A stretch of 64,000 bases of DNA from assembly GCA_902595555.1 (NCBI GenBank), contig CACJQM010000005.1, forward strand, positions 23,534 through 87,533. Reading direction: 5' to 3'. The stretch's first letter is position 1; the number at the start of each line of letters is the position of its first letter. Positions 59,393 through 64,000 of this stretch are shown here, one piece after another. This stretch comes from an uncultured Bacteroidota bacterium (GTDB taxonomy: Bacteria; Bacteroidota; Bacteroidia; Flavobacteriales; Flavobacteriaceae). The notes below the pieces were generated by a model. The model saw only the letters and a program-made list of their open reading frames with translations. It ran no database searches and was not told the origin of the DNA. Made by a program: the position numbers and the translations under genes.

Positions 59393-61075
59393 CTAAAGAT
59401 CCAGTTTTAAATCTTTTTTAAACTGATCTAATAGAGGATTAATTTTATTTAATTTTTCAAACTTTTCTTGAGGTGTGGAATAATACTCTTTGCTCGTACT
59501 CTTATCAACAATAACTTCTAATTCTATTAAATCGTTTTGTAATTCTAATCTCAAAAATTTGATTAGATTTTCTCTATCATTATCAATTTCTTTTTTATTA
59601 CTTTTTGAAGGAACAGTAAATATAATTTTATTGTTTTGAAATATATTAGGTTCATTAATTTCTAAAAGACTAGATAAGCTATTATTACCGTTTTCAGAGA
59701 GATTCTTTGAATATTGAATCCATTTTAGTTTTAGTTTTTCAGAATTAAACTCATTACTCAATTTTTCAGCATGCTCCTTTTCTTTATTTTTTTCATCGAT
59801 TACTTCTTTTTTGAGTTTAAGACTGGACAGTGACAGAGCACTAATTTCTTTTTTTTCTGATTCTTTAATCTCCTCAACTTGGGGAATTTCTTCAATTATA
59901 GTTTCTTTTTCTTTTTTTACTGATTCTTTATGAAATGAATTATCTTCCGATTTTTCAATATCATGAGTTTTTAAATCAATTTTTTTTTTTTGTGTTTTGG
60001 TGGTAATTACACCTTCATTGTCTTTGGATTTACATATTTTCATTAATGTGATTTCGACAAGAAGTTTTTTATTCTCAACCTGATTATATTTAAATATTGA
60101 TTGTTCAATTACAGTAATTATCTCAACAATTTGGTTTTTATCAATTACCTCACCTTGTGAAACAAATGAACTTAATAAGTTATTATTAAAATCAAAGATT
60201 GCATGAGATTCTATTGATTTAGCTACAAGAATATTTCTAAAATGGTTAGCTAATCCTGTTAAAAACTCTTTTTCATTATATCCTTTGTCACAGATTTCAT
60301 TGAATTGAATCAATGTTGGAATTAATTCACAGTTAATTATATTTTGAGATAGTTTTAGAAAAGATTCATTATCAAGAACATTTAATAATTCAGATGTTTT
60401 TTCTGTTGTAATATTTTTATTTGTAAAACTTACAATCCTGTCTAAAATTGTTAACGAATCTCTTAAAGATCCATCTGATTTTCTTGCAATTATTGATAAA
60501 GCTTCATCATCAAATTTAAAATCCTCTTGTTTACAAATATTAATTAAAGCTTCCACTATTTCCACATCACTAATTCTATTAAAATCATAAATCTGACATC
60601 TTGAAAGAATAGTTGGAAGAATTTTGTTTTTTTCAGTGGTCGCGAGGACAAAAACAATATGTTTTGGTGGCTCCTCTAATGTTTTTAAAAAAGCATTCAT
60701 TGCTTGAGTTGTTAGCATATGAACTTCATCAATAATATATACTTTATATTTTCCGATTTGAGGTGGAATTCTTACCTTATCAATAAGATTTTTCATTTCC
60801 TCAATTCCTCTATTTGATGCTGCATCCAATTCAAAAACATTAAATGACAAATCATGAGAATCAATATTTTCAATTGAAGATTTATTAATTTCTCTAGCAT
60901 AAATTCTAGCACAAGATGTTTTTCCAACCCCTCTAGGACCGCAAAACAGTATTGCTGAAGGAATTTTATTTTCTTTTATTGAATTTTTTAGAGTTCCTGT
61001 AACATGATTTTGCCCAACAACAGTTTCAAAACTTTTAGGTCTATATTTAAGCGAAGAGACAACAAAATCATTCAT
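59393..61075 (-). CDS. dnaX: DNA polymerase III subunit tau (gamma/tau, DnaX)
   Basis: 560 aa. Walker A GPRGVGKTS, Walker B IIDEVHML and SRC motif TILSRCQ. The C-terminal half is low-complexity and Lys/Glu-rich. Confidence 0.95.
   Translation of the reverse strand: MNDFVVSSLKYRPKSFETVVGQNHVTGTLKNSIKENKIPSAILFCGPRGVGKTSCARIYAREINKSSIENIDSHDLSFNVFELDAASNRGIEEMKNLIDKVRIPPQIGKYKVYIIDEVHMLTTQAMNAFLKTLEEPPKHIVFVLATTEKNKILPTILSRCQIYDFNRISDVEIVEALINICKQEDFKFDDEALSIIARKSDGSLRDSLTILDRIVSFTNKNITTEKTSELLNVLDNESFLKLSQNIINCELIPTLIQFNEICDKGYNEKEFLTGLANHFRNILVAKSIESHAIFDFNNNLLSSFVSQGEVIDKNQIVEIITVIEQSIFKYNQVENKKLLVEITLMKICKSKDNEGVITTKTQKKKIDLKTHDIEKSEDNSFHKESVKKEKETIIEEIPQVEEIKESEKKEISALSLSSLKLKKEVIDEKNKEKEHAEKLSNEFNSEKLKLKWIQYSKNLSENGNNSLSSLLEINEPNIFQNNKIIFTVPSKSNKKEIDNDRENLIKFLRLELQNDLIELEVIVDKSTSKEYYSTPQEKFEKLNKINPLLDQFKKDLKLDL
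59980..59991 (-). other. A12 homopolymer (slippery run) inside dnaX at codons 362-366; candidate recoding site for a gamma-like truncated product
   Basis: The minus strand reads ACA CAA AAA AAA AAA ATT GAT TTA AAA. The -1 frame gives AAT TGA and the +1 frame gives TTG ATT TAA. Confidence 0.45.
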
Positions 61076-61131
61076 CTTTACAAATATAATCGAGCTTATG
61101 GATAATATTCAAAATAATATTCAAAATATAT

Positions 61132-61139
61132 TAAATTTG
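61132..61139 (+). promoter_or_regulatory. Bacteroidota -7 promoter box TAAATTTG upstream of rnpB
   Basis: Exact TAnnTTTG match ending 4 nt before the first base of the P1 helix of RNase P RNA (61144). No clear -33 TTTG was seen. Confidence 0.4.
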
Positions 61140-61143
61140 TTCT

Positions 61144-61421
61144 GGCAGGCTACCTTATCGCTTTTTAAAGAGGAAAGTCCGGACACCATAGAGCATTACA
61201 GCGGGTAACACCCGTCGCTATTTATAGTAGGAAAAGTGCAACAGAAAGAATGTACAGTTAGGCTGTAGTGAAATCATGTAAACTCTGTAAGGTGAAACGC
61301 CAAGTATATCAACTTTTAGGACTGCTCGTCCAATGTTGAAGGGTAGGCGGTTAGAATGTAGTAGTAATATTACATCAAGATAGATGATAAGGCTCGACAG
61401 AATCCGGCTTATAGGCCTGCC
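61144..61421 (+). ncRNA. rnpB: RNase P RNA, bacterial type A, compact (about 278 nt)
   Basis: P1 GGCAGGC/GCCTGCC and P2 CCTTATC/GATAAGG. Universal P4 strands GAGGAAAGTCCGGAC and ACAGAATCCGGCTTAT. Also GGGTAACACCCG (P8), AGTGCAACAGAAAG (J11/12), GTAAACTC and GGGTAGGC (L15 region). Followed by T6. Confidence 0.9.
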
Positions 61422-61425
61422 TTTT

Positions 61426-62025
61426 TTAAAAATAATCTATGGAATTAGGACCACAGTTGAAAATTAAATCAATAACACTTAGATCATTAATAAACCCATT
61501 ATTAGTTTCAAATGTTTGATTATACTTCTTTTGTTTTAAATAACTAGTTCTTTTACAGTTTGACATGTGTGTCAAATCATGAATTTTAAAATCGTATTTA
61601 TCTTTTTTATTGTAAATATCTTCTGGCATTTTAATTTTCAACCAATTACAAACCATTTTTATTGATTTTAAGTTTAAATCATATAAATTTTCATAATCAA
61701 GATTGAAAAAACTTATTATGTCATCTTCATAGAATTCATAAAATGGAGATGATTGATAACATATTTTTATTGATTTAAAATGATTTTTTTTCCAATCTGA
61801 ACTTAAATCAAGTTTTATATCAGATAAAACTCTTGGTTGATTTTTTCCTGAATGTTTAATTGGTACTGTTAGCATCAATTCCCCATTTGCGGAGTCTATG
61901 TAAGTTCTGTTTGTAAGTGTTTGTTTATTGTATCTGGAATTTATAGACCATAATAAATCTTTAGATTTAATAAATTTCCAATGTGAAATAGGAGGAAAAT
62001 AAGTTGGTTCTATTAACCTAACCAT
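61426..62025 (-). CDS. WbqC-like family protein
   Basis: 199 aa. N-terminal IEPTYFPPISHWKFI...YNKQTLTNRTYI...LTVPIKH resembles the WbqC family. Commonly sits next to lepB in Flavobacteriia (from memory). Confidence 0.65.
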   Translation of the reverse strand: MVRLIEPTYFPPISHWKFIKSKDLLWSINSRYNKQTLTNRTYIDSANGELMLTVPIKHSGKNQPRVLSDIKLDLSSDWKKNHFKSIKICYQSSPFYEFYEDDIISFFNLDYENLYDLNLKSIKMVCNWLKIKMPEDIYNKKDKYDFKIHDLTHMSNCKRTSYLKQKKYNQTFETNNGFINDLSVIDLIFNCGPNSIDYF

Positions 62026-63721
62026 TTTTAATTAGCTTATCCAATAAGTATTTGTTAAATAGCCACAAGATGAAACAAAAAATTATGAAATGAACTAAAT
62101 ATGACTTAGGTTCTCCATCTTCGTGTATTGTAGTAAAAACTCTATCCCATCTTATATTCCAATTTTTAATTCCATCATTTATACCATCTATGCTCATCCA
62201 TATAAAGATTGGTCTACCTACTATGTGATCTTCTGGAACAAAACCCCACATTCGACTATCTTCAGAGCTGTACCTGTTATCTCCCATCATCCAATAATAA
62301 TCCATTTTAAATTTGTAACTGTCTGTTTCTTTATCATTAATAAAAATTTTATCATCTAAAATTTTTAGATCATTCTTTTCATAATCCTTTATAATCTTTT
62401 TATACAACGGAAGGTTGGTTAAGTTGATTTCTGTTGTTTGATTTTTCTTAGGGATTACAATTGGTCCGAAGTTATCCTCATTCCAATCAAAAGTTATATT
62501 ATTGGGGAAAAACGCAGTATTGTAAGATTTAGTTTTATTGAAATCTCTAACTATGCTGTCGACTACATTGCTGCTAAGAATGTTTTTATAATCTGACTCT
62601 GTAAGAGTTAGTCTTTTAGTTTTTTCGGTTATTTCTGCAATTGATAATCTATTTTTCCTAATTTTTTCTGTGGGTATTCCTTTTGAGTTAGTTATTATAG
62701 TGAAGTTTTCTATGTTGTTATCACTAAGGCTTAAAATATGAGTCTTAATATCATCAAATGATTTTTGTGTAATATTTTTAATTCTAAATTTTCTTTGAAA
62801 ATCATAGAGGCCCAGTTGATTAAGTTTTTGGCTAGATATTCCCTTTGAATTGTACGCAATATATTTAAATAATGGTTTTGCACGATAAGGTAAAATACTT
62901 TTATCCCCATTGATTCTTAATTCACCATTGAAAATTTCTAAGGTATCACCTGGAATTCCAACACATCTCTTTACGTAATTTGATTTTTTATCAATAGGTT
63001 TTTTTACTCCTTTTTCTCTTACAAAAAACTGTCTGACCGTATCTGCAGGCCAATTAAAGGTGACAATATCATTTCTTTTTATTTTTTGAATTTTAGGCAA
63101 TCTTAAATAGGGTAGTTGAGGCTTATTCAGATAGGACCTAACACCAGTTCCAACAATAGTATCATGCACCATTGGAAAGGATATCACGGTTTTAGGTACT
63201 CTAGCACCATAATGATACTTACTTACAAAAAGAAAATCTCCAACAAGTAGGGATCTTTCAAGAGATCCTGTTGGTATAATGAATGGTTGTATAAAATATG
63301 TATGAACAACTGTGGCTAATATAACAGCAAAAATTATAGAACCGAACCATTCTTCAAATCCACCTTTTGGGTTCAAATCTCTATCCTTGATATATTGTGC
63401 ATTTTTGTCGTAGTTAACTAGAAAAATATATAAGCCTAAAGAAAAAATTACTTTAATAGTATCAGTAGTCTTATTTTTACCAAAACTTCTAATTGTTTCA
63501 ATCCAAACTATCGGGAAAATTAAAAGATTTACAATTGGAATAAACAATAATATAACCCACCACCATGGTCTATTAATTATTTTCATTAAAACTAAACTAT
63601 TGTAAAAGGGAATTATTGAAGAAATCGGATTAAAACCGGCTTTTTGATATAATTTCCATGTGGCTAAAGAATGAATTAGCTGTATTGCAATAAAAAAAAT
63701 TGACCACTCAAACCAACTCAT
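62018..63721 (-). CDS. lepB: signal peptidase I (long Bacteroidota form with N-terminal multi-TM domain)
   Basis: 567 aa. S26 boxes PTGSLERSLLVGDFLFVSK (Ser), VKRCVGIPGD (Lys) and MMGDNRYSSEDSRMWGFVP. Confidence 0.9.
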   Translation of the reverse strand: MSWFEWSIFFIAIQLIHSLATWKLYQKAGFNPISSIIPFYNSLVLMKIINRPWWWVILLFIPIVNLLIFPIVWIETIRSFGKNKTTDTIKVIFSLGLYIFLVNYDKNAQYIKDRDLNPKGGFEEWFGSIIFAVILATVVHTYFIQPFIIPTGSLERSLLVGDFLFVSKYHYGARVPKTVISFPMVHDTIVGTGVRSYLNKPQLPYLRLPKIQKIKRNDIVTFNWPADTVRQFFVREKGVKKPIDKKSNYVKRCVGIPGDTLEIFNGELRINGDKSILPYRAKPLFKYIAYNSKGISSQKLNQLGLYDFQRKFRIKNITQKSFDDIKTHILSLSDNNIENFTIITNSKGIPTEKIRKNRLSIAEITEKTKRLTLTESDYKNILSSNVVDSIVRDFNKTKSYNTAFFPNNITFDWNEDNFGPIVIPKKNQTTEINLTNLPLYKKIIKDYEKNDLKILDDKIFINDKETDSYKFKMDYYWMMGDNRYSSEDSRMWGFVPEDHIVGRPIFIWMSIDGINDGIKNWNIRWDRVFTTIHEDGEPKSYLVHFIIFCFILWLFNKYLLDKLIKNG

Positions 63722-63722
63722 A

Positions 63723-64000
63723 TTATTTTTTTAAACTATTTATAACATCGCTCATATCGTATACTCCATTTTTATCTACTAAAAATTCAGCAGAAATAAC
63801 TGCACCAAGTGCAAAAGCAAATCTCGACTTTGCAGTATGGCTTATTCTTATTATATCATCATCAGAGGAAAAAATAACGCTATGGTGACCTTTTTGATCT
63901 CCTTCTCGTTCGGACCTAATTTTTAACATGTCTTTATTTTCATTTTCATTTAAAGTCCAAGAATTATAGTCAGATTTTGATATTATATCATTAGCAATTT
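63723..64000 (-). CDS. dapB: 4-hydroxy-tetrahydrodipicolinate reductase, C-terminal part (N-terminus beyond the right edge)
   Basis: ...EREGDQKGHHSVIFSSDDDIIRISHTAKSRFAFALGAVISAEFL is the DapB C-terminal signature. The frame stays open upstream to position 64000 (IANDIISKSDYNSWTLNENENKDML...). Confidence 0.85.
   Translation of the reverse strand, partial: IANDIISKSDYNSWTLNENENKDMLKIRSEREGDQKGHHSVIFSSDDDIIRISHTAKSRFAFALGAVISAEFLVDKNGVYDMSDVINSLKK

Noticed and set aside
1-64000. Search for defence systems, toxin-antitoxin pairs, CRISPR, IS elements, prophage genes, tRNA or rRNA genes
   Set aside because: Apart from a few hypothetical or small ORFs with no recognisable motif (13767-14288, 54281-54571, 46362-46535, 48024-48206), every sizeable ORF is accounted for by a recognisable housekeeping family. 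None of those hypotheticals sits in a defence-like or mobile context. No spacer is long enough for a tRNA except those examined, and none shows cloverleaf-like GTTCGAATC or TPsiC motifs. No repeat-spacer arrays or terminal inverted repeats were seen.

Overview
AT-rich (roughly 30% GC by eye), very gene-dense segment (about 65 CDS, mostly short or overlapping junctions) that reads as core chromosome of a Bacteroidota / Flavobacteriia-like bacterium. Evidence for that assignment: a TonB-dependent receptor with a carboxypeptidase-regulatory-like N-terminus, bamD-rpoZ-coaBC-DUF4835-recN synteny, lepB fused to an N-terminal membrane domain next to a WbqC-like gene, almost no Shine-Dalgarno motifs before starts, and TAnnTTTG -7 boxes. 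Content is housekeeping: dnaA, ligA, recN, dnaX, lon, dnaK, rpsA, rplS, trmD, prfB, the leu operon, dap genes, pyrR/pyrB, ppk1/ppx, fumC, icd and lpd. There is one ncRNA (RNase P RNA). I found no rRNA, tRNA, CRISPR array, IS element, prophage or recognisable defence island. I see no convincing novel mobile or defence system. The items worth a second look are recoding or architecture oddities. (1) An A12 slippery run in dnaX, placed where a truncated gamma subunit would end, with stops close by in both alternative frames. (2) A menI / PAS-fused menA / CPBP protease / small membrane protein operon. (3) Ribosomal protein S1 with a roughly 95-aa N-terminal lysine-rich extension, about 55 residues of it encoded by near-perfect 27-bp tandem repeats. 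(4) A roughly 278-nt, apparently helix-reduced RNase P RNA. (5) A CBS-like plus serine-palmitoyltransferase-like gene pair resembling capnine sulfonolipid genes capA/capB. (6) An RNase Z lacking the flexible arm. (7) The canonical prfB +1 frameshift site, which the ORF track splits. All product calls come from recognising conserved motifs by eye in the supplied translations. No database search was run.
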